In this document: piece by piece, positions 1 to 12,769 of the stretch
How positions within the stretch are numbered: position 1 is the first letter of the stretch
How the letters are laid out: every line of letters begins with the position of its first letter
The notes under the pieces: model-generated
The model's database searches: none
Told to the model about the DNA's origin: nothing
The model's input: the letters and a program-made list of their open reading frames with translations, nothing else
Translations under genes and position numbers: made by a program
NCBI RefSeq assembly: GCF_963921235.1
Contig: NC_086108.1
Coordinates: forward strand, 93,436,001 to 93,500,000
Source: Mobula hypostoma
Taxonomy: Eukaryota
Reading direction: 5' to 3'
Length of the DNA: 64,000 nt

Positions 1-1535
1 GAACTGTAAACTGTAAACAAACTGTGCAAATACAGATACGAATAAATAGCAATAAATAACAAGCATGAAATAACAATATAACAGAGTCCTTAAATAAGAG
101 TAGCTATCCCTTTCTATTCAAGAGCCTGGTGGTTGAGAGGTAGTAACTGTTCTTGGACCTGGTGGTGTGAGTCCTGTGGCAACTGTACCTTCTACCTCAC
201 GGCAGCAGCCAGAAAAGAGTATGGGCTGGGTCATGACGATCTTTGATGATGGGCGCTGCTTTTCTACGGCAATGTTTCATGTAGATGTACTCAAAGGTTG
301 GGAGGGCTTTACCCATGATATACTGAGCCGAATCCACTACTTTTTGTAGGATTTTCCACTCAAAGGCATTGGTGGTCCCATACCAGGCCGTAATACAGCC
401 AGCCAGCACACTTTCCACCACACATCTATAGAAGTTTGCCACAGTTTTTGATGACATGCCGAACCTCTGCAGACTCCTGAGGAAGTAGAGGCACTGCCGT
501 GCTTTCTTCGCAATAATATACATATAATGGATTCAGGACAGGTCCTCTGAGATGGTGACACTCTGGAATTTAAAGTTACTGACCTTCTCCATCTCTGATC
601 CTCCAATGACTGCTGGCCTATGGACCTCTAGTTTACCTCTCCTGAAGACTACAATCAGTTCTGACTGCATTCAGAGAGGCTGTTGTTATTACACCACTCA
701 GTCAAGTTTTCAATCTCCCTCCTGTATGCTGGTTCATCACCCTTTTTGATACAGCCCACAACAGTGGTGTCATCAGCAAGCTTGTATATGGTATTGGAGC
801 TGTACTTTGTCACACAGTCATAGGTGTAAAGCGAGTAGAGCAGGGGGCTAAGAACACATCCCTGCAGTGCTCCTGTGCTGACGGAGATTGTGGAGGAGAT
901 GTTTTTGCCAATCAGAACTTACTAGCATCTACAAGTGAGGAAATCTAGATCCAATTGCACAAGGGGGTATTGTAGCCCAGGTCATGGAGTTTACTGATTA
1001 GTTTTGAGGGGATGATGGTGCTAAATGCTGACCTGTAATTGATGAAGAGCATCCTGATGTATGCGTCTTTGCTGTTCTGATTTTCCAGGATTGTGAGAAG
1101 AGCCAATAAGATAGCATCTGCTTAGATCTGTTGCTTCAGTAGGCAAATTGGAGAACATCCAAGTCGCCATTCAGACAGGAGCCTATATGCTTCAACATGA
1201 GCCTCTCAAAACACTTCATCACTGTGGACGTAAATGTCACTGGGCAACAGTAATTCAGACAGGTTACCACGCTCTTCTTGGGCACCGGTACAATTGAAGT
1301 CTGCTTGAAGCAGGTGGGTAGCACATACTGCTGGAGCGAGAGGATGAAGATGCCTGTAAAGCTACTTGCCAATTAGTCATCATAGGTCTTCAGTACTCGG
1401 CCAGGAACTCTGTCCGGACCAGATGGTTATCTTGGATTCACTCTCTTGAAGACAGCCCACAAGTCATCTTCAGATGCTGAGACCAAAGTATCATCAGGAG
1501 ACATGGGAGTGCATGATAGTTCCTCCCTGTTTGAG
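1..1535 (-). mobile_element. Rex/Babar-like LINE, degenerate 3' portion (RT)
   Basis: ORF remnants CFKQTSIVPVPKK...VMKCFERL...LQFAY and KKARQCLYFLRSL...FYRCVVESVL...CITAWYG. Confidence 0.85.
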
Positions 1536-1559
1536 TTTTGATCGAGTTTTTTTTGAGCT

Positions 1560-2534
1560 AAATATATTTACTGATGAAGGCAGTGCAATTGATCTGGTTT
1601 GCATGAACTTAAATAAGGTCTTAGACAAGGTCCCACATGTTTAACTGGTCCCAAAGTTTAGAACCCTTGGCATCAAGACAAGTTGGCAAATTGGATTCAA
1701 CGTTGGCTTGGTACAGAGGGTGACGGTGAGTTTCTTTGTGCAACTGGAACTGATGTTGCTTGTTGTATACATTAGGAGGATCAGTTAGCAAGTTTTCAGA
1801 TGGGATAAAAATTGGTGGTGCTGTTGTTAGCAAAGATATTTTTAGATTACAGACAATATTGATCAGTTGGTAAACAGAGCAGAACAATTATCAGGATTAA
1901 ATTCCATCTGATAATGTATAGTGATGCATTTGAGGGGGAGGGGAGATTTGAAATAAGGGGAGAGCATGTATCATGAACAGTAGAGTGTTAGGGAATAATG
2001 AAAACAAAGGGAACTTTGCTGTACAAGTCCAAAGAACTCTGAAGGTGCAGCACAAGTAGACGTGATCGTGAAGAATTCATGCAGGTGCTTTTCTTCAGAA
2101 AATTAATTAAAATACAAGTGTAGGGAAATCTTGATATAACTTTATAAAACAATGATGAGGCCACAGTTGGAATATTATATGTAGTTCTGGTTACCACATT
2201 GAAGGAAGATTACAATTACTCTAGAGAGGGTGCCTGTGATGGAATGCTCTGGATGAAAGACTTGATTCTCTTTTTTTAAATCCTTAGATCAGAGGATGCT
2301 GAGAGGTGGCTCGATAAAGGCATAAGAAATTATAAGAGGCATAAAAGAAGTAGATAGGAAGAAACCTTTTCCCTGGTGAAAAAAAAAATAAGAGGAGGGG
2401 ATCGAAGGAAGATTTTTTTTTCCACCCAGAAGGGTTTACATTATGGATTGCACTTCTTGAGGTGGTGATAGAAGCAGGCATGTTCCCAATATTTAAGAAG
2501 CATCTTGATAAGCACTAAATCAGAAAACTGTAGT
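1560..2534 (+). mobile_element. Old CR1-like LINE fragment
   Basis: Degenerate similarity to other CR1 copies in the window (gacaaggtcccaca, aggccacagttggaatat, agaggatgctgagagg). Confidence 0.65.
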
Positions 2535-2546
2535 AGGCTACAGACC

Positions 2547-2850
2547 GTTAGTCTTGCGAGACCATGGATCTGCACCTGGAAAGTCTTCACTCTCCAGGGT
2601 GCAGGCCTGGGCAAGGTTGTATGGAAGGAAGACTGGCAGTTGCCCCATGCTGCAAGTCTCCCCTCTCCATGACACTGATGTTGTCCAAGGGAAGGGCAAG
2701 GGCCAATACAGCTTGGCACCAGTGTCGTCGCAGAGCACTGTGTGGTTAAATGCCTTGCTCAAGGACACAACACTCTGCCTCAGCTGGGGCTCGAACTCAC
2801 GACCTTCAGGTCGCTAGTTGAATGCCTTAACCACTTGGCCACATGCCCAC
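2547..2850 (-). mobile_element. tRNA-derived SINE with RTE-LINE-type 3' tail; 12-bp TSD
   Basis: Minus-strand A box TGGCCAAGTGG and B box GTTCGAGCC. TSD aggctacagacc at 2535-2546 and 2851-2862. Confidence 0.85.
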
Positions 2851-3013
2851 AGGCTACAGACCATTCTTTAAACATAAAGAATTTACCAGAATTTTAATAA
2901 GAGAATAAATAAATTGAAGGAAGGTCATAGACCCAAAACTATAACACTGCTTCTTTCATTTCCAGCACCTTTAATTTCAGATTCCACCATTTTGCATTTA
3001 AATTAAATAAGTA

Positions 3014-4351
3014 CACTGGACACTTCAGTTAACATCTTTATGTACAATGGATACTGGCCTAACTAAGCAGCTGTCCCAATTAGCTGAAGTTTTATGGAAA
3101 CAAGTTTAAAAGGTATATAAGAAAAAAAAAGACGAACTACCATATAACTGGGTAACAATTTATGTGTTTAAACAGAGAACAAATTAGAACACCACCAATA
3201 CCCCTACAGTAATATAAAACCGTACATTAGCTAATAGTTAACGATGCAAGAATTTATTGAGTGTGCGCTGCCGTGTTCTTTTTATTGAACAAAATCAACG
3301 CACATAGAGCAGATAATGGACTGCCTTCATGCAATGTTTTTGACAACAGAATCCTCCAAATCTTCATTTTCATTGTAGCATTCAAGATGATTGTCAATAC
3401 TTTCAAATACTTCGTATAGGTGTCCCCCACTTTCCAAATATTCTCTTCACGACATTTCACTTTGACGAAAGGTCTACATTAGTACCTGCTTTCGTTAACC
3501 GAAAGAGGATTTTCACTTTTACGAAAAAAGACGCTCGCTTTAAACTTGTGTTTACCCTGAGAAAGACTACCATGACCATGAAGCCTTGTGCGGGCAGGTG
3601 TGTGCGCATGCGTGACATGCGAATGCGTGTACATGAGCATGAATGACGTGCACATGCGTGTACGTGCCGAGTTTTTTCGATAAATCGATTTTGGCTCAAA
3701 CTTCCCAATTCTGATAAGTGAAACTACACTGTACATGCATTATTTCTACTTTATATAAGCTGTGTATTTATCATATCATTCCTGCTTTTACTATATGTTA
3801 GTGTTATTTTCGGTTTTACGTGCTATTTGGTATGATTTGGTAGGTTATTTTTTTGGGTTCGGGAACGCTCAAAAAATTTTCCCATATAAATTAATGGTAA
3901 TTGCTTCTTCGCTTTACGCCATTTCGGCTTACGAATGGTTTCATAGGAACACTCTATATTCGGATAGCGGGGGAAACCTGTATTACCCAACTTGTTGGAA
4001 GTAGTGAAATCATTTCATTTTCACTCCCAGCCATTTCTGGTATCCCCAACCTAGAATGCTTGAAACTGCAGTGAGCAAAACAGTTCTGAATTGTCTTACT
4101 GCTCATTTCTTGTCAACTATCAGTGATGAAAATCACTGCTTTTTGAACACAAACACATCCACAACCACACAAGTGTATGCAACTGATGCTAGTTAGAAAT
4201 TGTTCGGCAACAGTCTCCCGTCCCAGCATAGTGTCACAAATAAGTTAAGAGAATCCCGGCTATTTTCTCAGTTAGTTTTTGTTCTTTAAGAATTGTCCCA
4301 AATAGGCAGCTTCCCCTATTAACCAATGGCCCGATTAACCAGAATCCATTG
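3014..4351. mobile_element. Non-autonomous Tc1/mariner-pogo-type DNA element hosting a nested Tigger-like element
   Basis: Imperfect TIRs cactggacacttcagttaa / ttaaccagaatccattg, both flanked by TA. Confidence 0.6.
3417..3980. mobile_element. Tigger/pogo-like MITE
   Basis: TIRs (t/c)aggtgtcccc / ggggaaacctg with TA flanks. Ends and subterminal regions are homologous to the 55075-56406 element. Confidence 0.8.
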
Positions 4352-5089
4352 TACTAAAGCTTGATAAACAGTCTCGGCAAATATTAATATTCTCACATTT
4401 AATCTCAAATTAAGCTTCCTTGGCATCTTGATATTTTTTTAAAAAATTTAGCTTTTCAGGGAATAAATTCCAGGTCTGTAGATACATATCAAGTTTCAGG
4501 ATGGGTCATGAAACATTTGAGACAATGAATAACAGTCTTTTGATTGCTCACACATAGTTTCTGTGACTCACTCTTAAGGCAGCCTCACCAGGCTGAGGCA
4601 GCATTCCATTTGATTCTTGTTAAGAAGTGGGTGATGAATGAGGCATCAGTAGGTTCTAATACTTACGGGACTGCAGGGATTTACCAAGGTAAGTTGGGTG
4701 GGTAGCACAGGAGGCACTGCACTGTTTCCAACCCTCTCCACATAGCTCCAATGAAGGTAAATGAGGCTCTTTCGCAGTGACACGCTTTTTTTGCATCTTA
4801 CTTAGACTCCCCTATCCTAGGTAAAAGATTGATAATTCATCTTATCTATGCTACTCATGATTTCATAAACCTCTATAAGGGTAGTTATCAGCTTCCTTCA
4901 CTATAGGCCATGGATCAATACCATTAAGCAAGTGGTCCGTGGATCCTACACTGGAAACCCCAGCTAAGTGTCAGTTTATCCACTCTCTTCTTACAACTCA
5001 AGCCCTCAAGTCTCATGCAGTGTTCCTATCTTAATCGCATCCTCTGCAACAAGCTATAACATGATTCACCCTCCTTGTTAAATATTTCC

Positions 5090-5420
5090 TTACAACACAG
5101 AAGGAATCCATTTGGTCCATCAAGTCCCTGCTGGCTCCCAGAGCAACACCATCAATCTCATTGCCCCGCTCATTCCCCTGTACCCTTTCATACCCTTCCA
5201 CCTGGTAGTTTAATTGAGGGAGGGGGACAGGGACGGGGTGGAGTGAGTGGGGGAGAATTAACCTAAACAACCAGCATGCCTCTGGGTTGTGGGAGAAAAG
5301 CAGAACATGGTCATGGAAAGGAAAGACAGAGCCTGCACAAACAGCATCAAGGACAAAGATAGAAACAAGGTCTCTGCAGCTGCACAGTGGCAGCACTAGC
5401 TGCTATGATAGTGTGTTGCT
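5090..5420 (-). mobile_element. Degenerate SINE
   Basis: Shares motifs with other copies (aacctaaacaaccagcatgcctctgggttgtgggagaaa) and has a CR1-like tail. Confidence 0.5.
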
Positions 5421-5994
5421 CCATTCCTTCTCTTACACTTAATCTTTTCCGTTATTCCTCATTTTCAATCACTAACATCCTGCTAACACTTTGCTTCTGA
5501 TACCCGTAGGAGCCACGTATCTATTTTCTGTCTGTATTGTATTTTGTGTTGCGTGTTTATTGTGGGTAATTTGTCATGTGGGTTTGGGCGTGGTAAAAGC
5601 CAATGAGTACAGTTACTCATATATTTGTCTCACTAAGCTAGTTCAGCTTAGTTGAGAGAGAATGAGCCTGTGATGATTTTTTTTGTTGACTACTAATTTG
5701 AATGCTTAATTTTGCTTACTATACTTAATTACACTAATTTTAGCTTTGTTAGTTTTTTTTTAAATCACTGTAAGATCATCTTTGCTGATTTTGTAATAAA
5801 GGATCGAACATACTTTTTTCAATTTGGAACTCAGTTTTATGGAAGCGTGTCATTCAGCATCAACTCCCTCAGCAGTTTTGGTTTGTTTTCAAGTAACTGT
5901 TACAATACCCTTCCCATTATTTTTAAATATATTTATTAATTGGCAATGGCCTGTCCTTAGCCCACCCACCAACTTTAGATTTTCTTTTCAGATT

Positions 5995-6240
5995 TAGAAT
6001 TACAACACTGTAACATGCCCTTCCGACCCAATGAGGCCACGCTGTCAAATTATACCCATACGACCAATCAATCTACAAACATGTAGGTCTTTGGAATGTG
6101 GGAGGAAACCGGAGCAGCTCGAAGATGCCCGTGCAGTAACAGGGGGAGGGGGAAGGTACAGACTGCTTACAGACAGCAGTGGAACTGAACCCGGGTCACG
6201 GGCGCCGTAAGAGCATTACACTCTGCTACCATGCTGCTCC
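5995..6240 (-). mobile_element. tRNA-derived SINE
   Basis: gtctttggaatgtgggaggaaaccggagc core; minus-strand head gcagcatggtagcagagtg...gggttcagttcc. Confidence 0.65.
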
Positions 6241-7119
6241 CAACTGTGCTGTTCCAACAAAATAAGGACTCAACTCTTCAAGCCTTTCTTGCTTCACTTT
6301 CTCAATGTATGCTGGTAAACCTGTATTACATTCTTTATAGGAGCTCAAAATCTTTCCTTTGGTGTAGAGTTCAATGCTCCACATTTTTTTAATTCCAGCC
6401 CAAGTAAGAATTAAACACAGGTCTAACCTTCTACTAATTCTATATTCCATTGCTCTGGAGAAACAAACTAAAATCTAATTTTAATAAAAGCTTCACCATT
6501 CTATTAATATTTAGCATAATATTTTGCATATTCATAATTCTGTTCTTTTGCTCCTGCAAAAGACTGCAGATTTTCATCCTTTTTTTCACGAAAGTCATTA
6601 ATTAATGCTTAAAATGAATTCCATCTGCCATTTTCCATGTCTCTCATGGGCTTTAAAAACAGCAATAGCTCCAATTTTGAAATATCCTCACTTCTCATTT
6701 TAACCCATTTCTCTAAACCTTTCTAATACACGCATCTAAAGTGTAAAAACAGCTCCAGAACTACACAGAGAGAGACTGTGATCCAGTGAAATGATTTTAA
6801 AATGGGATAATTGTAAAATAATCGAGCCACACATTCAAACTAGTAAAGGACCAATTTAACACTGATATAATGAGATAATTCTTCAATGAAGACACTCAAA
6901 TTGAACTGATGAATAAAACAGAACAATCACAAATTCTGATATCACCTAGGAAGTGCTTGGACAATGCAATAGACAGATTTTAGGATCATTTTGAATGGAT
7001 GAACCATGTATCTTTTTAATTCTTAATTATCTTGTGATCTTGCACAGGAGGCAGCTTGTATCATTACAAAACTTGCAGCTTTTGATAAAGGATGTGATGC
7101 TCAGAATACATTGTGCATT

Positions 7120-7550
7120 TTGATTTCTTTAACTTCCAGTAATTTATCACCCTCCCAATCGCTTTTATCTCCCCGTTCCCCACTCTAGCTCTCCTTTTTT
7201 CTCTTCTCTTCTCCTCACCTGCCTATCACCACTCCCTGCTGCCTCGGTCTTCCTTTTCTCTGATATTCCGCTCTCCTCTGTGGCCCTTTACGTTGTCCAT
7301 CTATTACCTCCCAGTTTCTCACTTCATCCCTCCCCCTTCCCCCACCTATCTGGCTTCATGTATTGCTTTCCAGCTTGTACTCCTTTCCCTCCCCCCCTCC
7401 ATCTTACTCTGGCTTCCATCCCCTTCCTTTCCAGTCCTGATGGAAGGGTCTCAGCTTGAAACGTTGATTGTTTATTCCTTTCCATAGATGCTGCCAAGTT
7501 CCTCCCGTATTTTGTATGTGTTACTTTGGATCTGAGCAATCTCGTGTTCA
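7120..7550 (+). mobile_element. Old Penelope-like 3' remnant with degenerate hammerhead motif
   Basis: C/T-rich UTR, cctgatggaagggtctcagcttgaaacgttga at about 7436-7467, then ccatagatgctgcc. Confidence 0.7.
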
Positions 7551-7792
7551 TGCATTTCTTGCTGCTTTAATTATTATAAACTGAAAGGATTAAATACAAA
7601 GGATAAAAAGGGATAAAAGGAAAGACTCAACATTACAATATTATTTTTCATCAAGGACAAATTAGTAAATTGGACAGTGGAAATCCTCCGTAAGACAATT
7701 TAGCTAAATCTAATCGTCACTTCACTCAATACATCCATGTTCATTTTATTACAGAATTCCAAACAGAAAGTGGAATGGTGACAAATTTCTTC

Positions 7793-8145
7793 CAAGGTAT
7801 ACAAAATCATGAAGGGTATAGATGGGGTAAATCCAAGCAGCCTTTTCCACAGAGGCTGGGTGAGACTAGAACTAGAGGACATGGGGTAAGGGTGAAATGT
7901 GAAGCGTTTAAGAGGAACACGAGGGAGAACTTCTTCACTTGGAGTGATGAGACCGTGGAACAACTGCCAGCGGAAGAGGTTAATTCAGGTTCAATTTCAT
8001 CATTTCAGAGAAATGTACAAATGAACATGGATGGGAAGTGTATGGAGAGTTATAGTCTGGCTGCAGGTCAATGGGACTAGGCAGAATAATAGTCCAGCAT
8101 GGACGAGATGGCTGAAGGGCCTGTTTGTGTGCTGAAACTCTATGT
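7793..8145 (+). mobile_element. CR1-like LINE 3' fragment
   Basis: gtatacaaaatcatg...actagaactagaggacat...gggagaacttcttcact...gaagggcctgttt. Confidence 0.75.
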
Positions 8146-8334
8146 ATATCCTGGGTTTATCAAACTTTATATGAAGGTTAGGCAGATAGTATTCATTTAG
8201 ACTAGAATCTAATAATAAACCTACTAATTTAACAATAATATGATTACAGTCAACTGGAAGTATTTAATATCCCTGCAGTCCACTAACTTCAATGGGCCAG
8301 CATTTGTGGCTTCATCTTCACCAGTTTCTACATA

Positions 8335-8808
8335 CAAGGGGTGATTGATAAGTTCATGGCCTATGATAGAAGACGTCATTTTTAGAAAGTCAAGCCATTT
8401 ATTTTTCAACGTAGTCCCCTCCTACATTTACACACTTAGTCCACTGGTCCTGGAGCATACGGATCTTGGACCTCCAGAAAGTGTCCACAGCAGGGGTGAT
8501 TGATGAGTTAGTGGCCTAAGGTAGAAGGTGATGAGTTATACAGCTCTCATTACATGCACATGCAAGTCAACTCTGAGTGATTATACAGAAAGTTTGAAGT
8601 TAATAACTCATCTCCTTCTACCTTAGGCCACGAACTTATCAATCACCCCTGCAGTGCACACTTTCTGGAGGTCCAAGATCCGTATGCTCCACAACCGCTG
8701 GACTAAGTGTGTAAATGTAGGAGGGGACTATGTTGAAAAATAAATGTGCTACGTTTTCTAAAATTGACTCCTTCTACCTTAGGCCATAAACTTATCAATC
8801 ACCCCTCA
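8335..8808. mobile_element. Palindromic mariner-derived MITE
   Basis: TA-flanked. Inverted arms of about 205 bp begin caaggggtgattgataagtt and end aacttatcaatcacccctca. Encodes the mariner C-terminal peptide RWTKCVNVGGDYVEK*. Confidence 0.85.
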
Positions 8809-9653
8809 TACTATAACCAACATACGAACTACAAAATTGATTAGTCAAAATAGTTTTCGAAAACTAGATTTCAGAAAGTTATGTCTTTGAGCAGTCTTGA
8901 TAGGAGGTCGTGGAAGAATCTAGGGTAAGAGGTCATTATTTAAAATAAATAATCTCACTTATGACAGTAATGAAACTTTTTTATTCTCTCAGGGGTTGTG
9001 CGTCTTTGAAACTTCCTTCCATAAAAGGGTGTTGGAGGCAGAGTCTTTCAATATTTTAAAAACAGGGATAGATAAATACTTGGCATGCAAGGAGTTCAAA
9101 CTTTATAGCAGATAGACATGAACATGGGAGTTGAAGTTAGAATCAGATCAGCTTGCTCTTTAATGGTGAGCAGCCCCCAAGAAAAAAGGGAAGAAATTCA
9201 AAACTGAATCTAACTCCCAATCTAATTCACAACTACTAAGTACTTCAATTAACATATGATATATTTGAACAGTGGTCATTAAAATGCAAATGGCCAGCAA
9301 CTATTCCAGAAACTGCTAGTTGATCCAAATATTAATTTGGTAGTTAAGCCAATTCCTCTGCTCTAAGAGAAATAATCAAAATAAATCCTGATGAAGGTAA
9401 AACTGAGGAGGAATTTTCCCTCTTATCATTCGCTTTTGCATCTTCCTTAGCCATCAGTCTGCATCAGCTAATAGGAAAGGAAACCAGCAACAAATTGATT
9501 TAAGCCTCTGAATAATTGAAATACATGCCAAGAATTAATTGTTTGGCCAATTTATGAAGCAAGTCTGTCATACCTGCCTACTTCATTTTAACATGCTCAA
9601 TTTATGAAACTACAACATCACATTGTTCAAGTAAATAAATGCAAAATACTTAC

Positions 9654-9752
9654 CTCTTGTGAAAACATTCCAGGTACTATTATCTTCAAAATTCGCCAAA
9701 TCCTTTCAAAGAACACTTTATCTACAACTGCTTTCTCTTTTTTCCCTTCTTT
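9654..9752 (-). CDS. ABCD3: ABCD3 coding exon 3, 99 nt (KEGKKEKAVVDKVFFERIWRILKIIVPGMFSQE)
   Basis: Pyrimidine-rich acceptor ending tttatccag| and donor GAG|gtaagt. Strong match to recalled human KEGKKERAVVDKVFFSRLIQILKIMVPRTFCKE. Confidence 0.95.
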
Positions 9753-9858
9753 CTGGATAAAAAGAAAGAGGGCAGGTTTTTCCAAGCAACTACATTGAGC
9801 AATTACAGCAGTTAAAATGCATACCTAAAATTACGATATATTTTCACAGTTGACTCAC

Positions 9859-9892
9859 CTCACTATGAAGAGGAACTTTTCCATCAAGCTTA
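9859..9892 (-). CDS. ABCD3: ABCD3 coding exon 2, 34 nt micro-exon (S-KLDGKVPLHSE)
   Basis: Acceptor ttttcattacag| and donor GAG|gtgagt. Its length joins exon 1 (ending phase 2) in frame to exon 3 (phase 0). Resembles human KKSGKPPLQNNE. Confidence 0.85.
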
Positions 9893-9999
9893 CTGTAATG
9901 AAAAGATTAACAACTTAAAGTGTTAACTGGAAACTTTCATATTTAGGAATAAGTAATTTTAGAATAACTTCCATATTTTCAGTGGGTACACTAACAAAA

Positions 10000-10485
10000 A
10001 CATCTTCGAGACAAGTAAACACAATATGCCAACATAAGGTCACCCTCATGGTGAAGAAGCAACATCTTATATTCCATCTGGTAGCCTCCAACCTGATGGG
10101 ACAAATATCAATTTCTCCTCCTGGTAAACCAATTCCACATCCCCCGACCTTCCTCTATTCACCACTCGGAACTTCCCCCTGGGTCCCGTCCTTCCCTTTC
10201 TCCTCTGGTCCACTCTCCTCTCCCATCAGATTCCTTCTTCTCCAGCCCTTGACCTTTCTCACACACCTGGCTTCACCTTTCATCTTCCAGCTAGCCTCCT
10301 TCCCTTCCCCCCACCTTTTTCTTCTGGCATCTTCCCCCTTCCTTCTTAGTCCTAAAGAAGGATCTCAGCCTGAAACATCGACTATCTATTCATTTCCATA
10401 GGTACTGCATGATCTGCTGAGTTTCTCCAGCATTTTGTGTGTGTGTTGCTTTGGACTTACCGCATCTGCAGACCTTCTCATGTTT
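10000..10485 (+). mobile_element. Old Penelope-like 3' remnant
   Basis: KKQHLIFHL, equivalent to EEQHLIFRL of the young family. Degenerate hammerhead cctaaagaaggatctcagcctgaaacatcgac at about 10351-10382. Confidence 0.75.
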
Positions 10486-10826
10486 ATGATTTAACACAGA
10501 ATAATTGCCTCTTTTTGCTTTATTGTTTCTTTCCTTTTTTCTGCCTTGTTGGGAAACACATTGCCAAATCACTGGAATGCGGTGGCAAAGGCTTTGCAAT
10601 TCAAACTGTTTGTCCACTTTCTCCACTCCCAACTCCAAAGTGCACCTCATCACCTACCTTTCCCTGTTCCTTGAACTTTGATCACATCTCCCTTTCCTTT
10701 TAGACACGAAAGGACTCCAAGTACCTAGTCAAGCCCACCATCTCTATCCATTTGCCTTGAGGTTGGTCATGAAGCACATCAACTCCTGCCAAAGGAGTGA
10801 CCTGGTGCTGTGCCAATTTGCCTATT

Positions 10827-12725
10827 GTTAAGGAGTTGCAGCTGCAAATGGATGAACTCCAAATCATTCAGAAGGCTGAGGGGGTGATAATAAGATATAT
10901 AGAGTGATAGTTACACTCAAAGTGCAGGACACAGGAAACTGGATGACAGTCAGGAAGGGGAAAGGGGTTAAACAACCCTTCAACCACAGATATACCAACT
11001 TCAGTTACTGTTGGGGGATGACCTGGCAGAAGAAAGTCACAGTGGTCAGATCTCTGGCACTGAGTCTAACTCTTCGATTTAGAAGAGAAGGAAGGGAGAA
11101 GAGAAGAGCTGTGGCGATAGGGGATTCATTAGTTAAGGGAACAGACAAGAGATTCTGTGGAGGAGAATGAGATTCCCAGATGATATGGTGCTTCCCAGGT
11201 GCCAAGGGTAGGGACATCTTGGATCGAGTCCTCAGCATTCTTAAGTGGGGGGGGGGTGAACAAACACAGGTTGTGGTCCATGTGGGTACCAATGACATAG
11301 GTAAGAACAGTGATGAGGTTCTGCAAAAGGAATTCAGGGAGTTAGATGCTAAGTCAAAGGGCAGGACTTCCAGGAATTAGCGTAGGGAGGGAGGGAGGGA
11401 GGGCATATGATCATTGGGCTTTCTTCCAGGGAAGATGAAACCTGTACAGAAGAGGTGGCTTGCAGCTGAACAGGAAGGGGACAGATATCCTAGTGGGGAG
11501 GTTTGCTAGTGCTGCAAGGTGGGGTTTAAACTAGAGTGCCAGTACAGTCAGTGGACAGATATTGGTGAGACCTCAGACATTGTTAGGAATCGAAAGGTTC
11601 AGCATAGTGCGACTAGTCTCCTGAGCTGCCTACATTTCAACGCAAGAAGTATTGTAGGAAAGGCAGGACATGGATCAACACATTGAGACTTGTGGGCAGG
11701 ACGGGCAGCTCAATATTCCGATGATCCTTTATTATAGACATGACAGAGCCAGAGCAGGAGGGACATCCTAGTCAGGGAAAATCTCACGGTAATGCTCAGT
11801 CCGGACAGACCACATAACTCATCTGGTGAGGCATTATTGGTGGAACTGAGGAAAAAGGAAGGTATGACCATATTAATGGAGCTATAATTACAGACCACCC
11901 AATAGACCGAGGGATTTAGAGGGACAAAATTTGCAGAGAGATCGCAGACTGTTGCAAGAAACGTAAGGTTGTTACAGTGGGTGATTTTAACTTTCCACAT
12001 ATTGACTAGGACTCCCATACTGTAAAAGGACTAGATGGGATGCAGTTTGTCAAATGTGTTCAGGAAAGTTTTCTTAATCACTGCGTACAAGTCCCAATGA
12101 CAGAGTGTGCAATATTTGATCTGCTATTAGGGAATGAGACAGAGCAGGTGACAGAAGTGTATGTAAGGGAACTCTTTGCATCTAGTGGTCATAATCACAT
12201 TTGTTTCTAAGTAAATATGCAAATAGATAGGTCTGGGTTGCAGACTGAGATTCTAAATTGGATCAGAAAGGATCTGCCAAGTGTGGATTGGAACAGGCTG
12301 TTTTTGGCAAAGGTGTACTTGGTAAGTGGGAGGCCTCAAAATGTGGAATTTTTAGTGTACTAAGCTCGTATGTGCCTGTCAGAATATAAGGTAAAGGTAA
12401 CAGATTTAGGAAACTTCGGTTTTCAAGAGATATTGAGGCCATAGTTAAGAAAGAAACAGGAAGTGCATAGCAGGTATTGGGAGGTAGGACAAATGAGGTA
12501 TTTAAGGAGTCAAAGAAATGCAAGGGAACACTTAAGAAAGAAATCAAGAGAGCATGAGGTTGCCCTAGCAGACAAGGTGAAGGAGAATCCTAAGGGATTT
12601 TACAGATATACTAAGAGCAAAAGGAATGCAAGGGACAAAATAGGTCCTTTGAAAAATCAGATTGGTAACCTATACGTGGAGCCAAAAGATATGGGGGAGA
12701 TTATAAATAGATTTTTTTTTGCATC
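10827..12725 (+). mobile_element. CR1 LINE 5' portion: ORF1 esterase (SGNH) and start of ORF2 APE endonuclease, degenerate
   Basis: AVAIGDSLVKG, FPGAKGRDI and VVVHVGTNDIG, then gggtgattttaactttcca (GDFNFP) and KENPKGFYRY. Confidence 0.85.
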
Positions 12726-12769
12726 TGAACATGCTCAACCTTTTGATTTCTATCTTTGTCTGAGGTCTT

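Noticed and set aside
2780..2850. Possible tRNA gene (also 13400-13470)
   Set aside because: A and B boxes are present but no convincing cloverleaf. It is followed by a SINE core and bounded by a TSD.
1..9653. ABCD3 exon 4 (TGYLVLIAVML...WMIQNGT-like)
   Set aside because: Not found by eye; probably beyond the window start, though a miss is possible.
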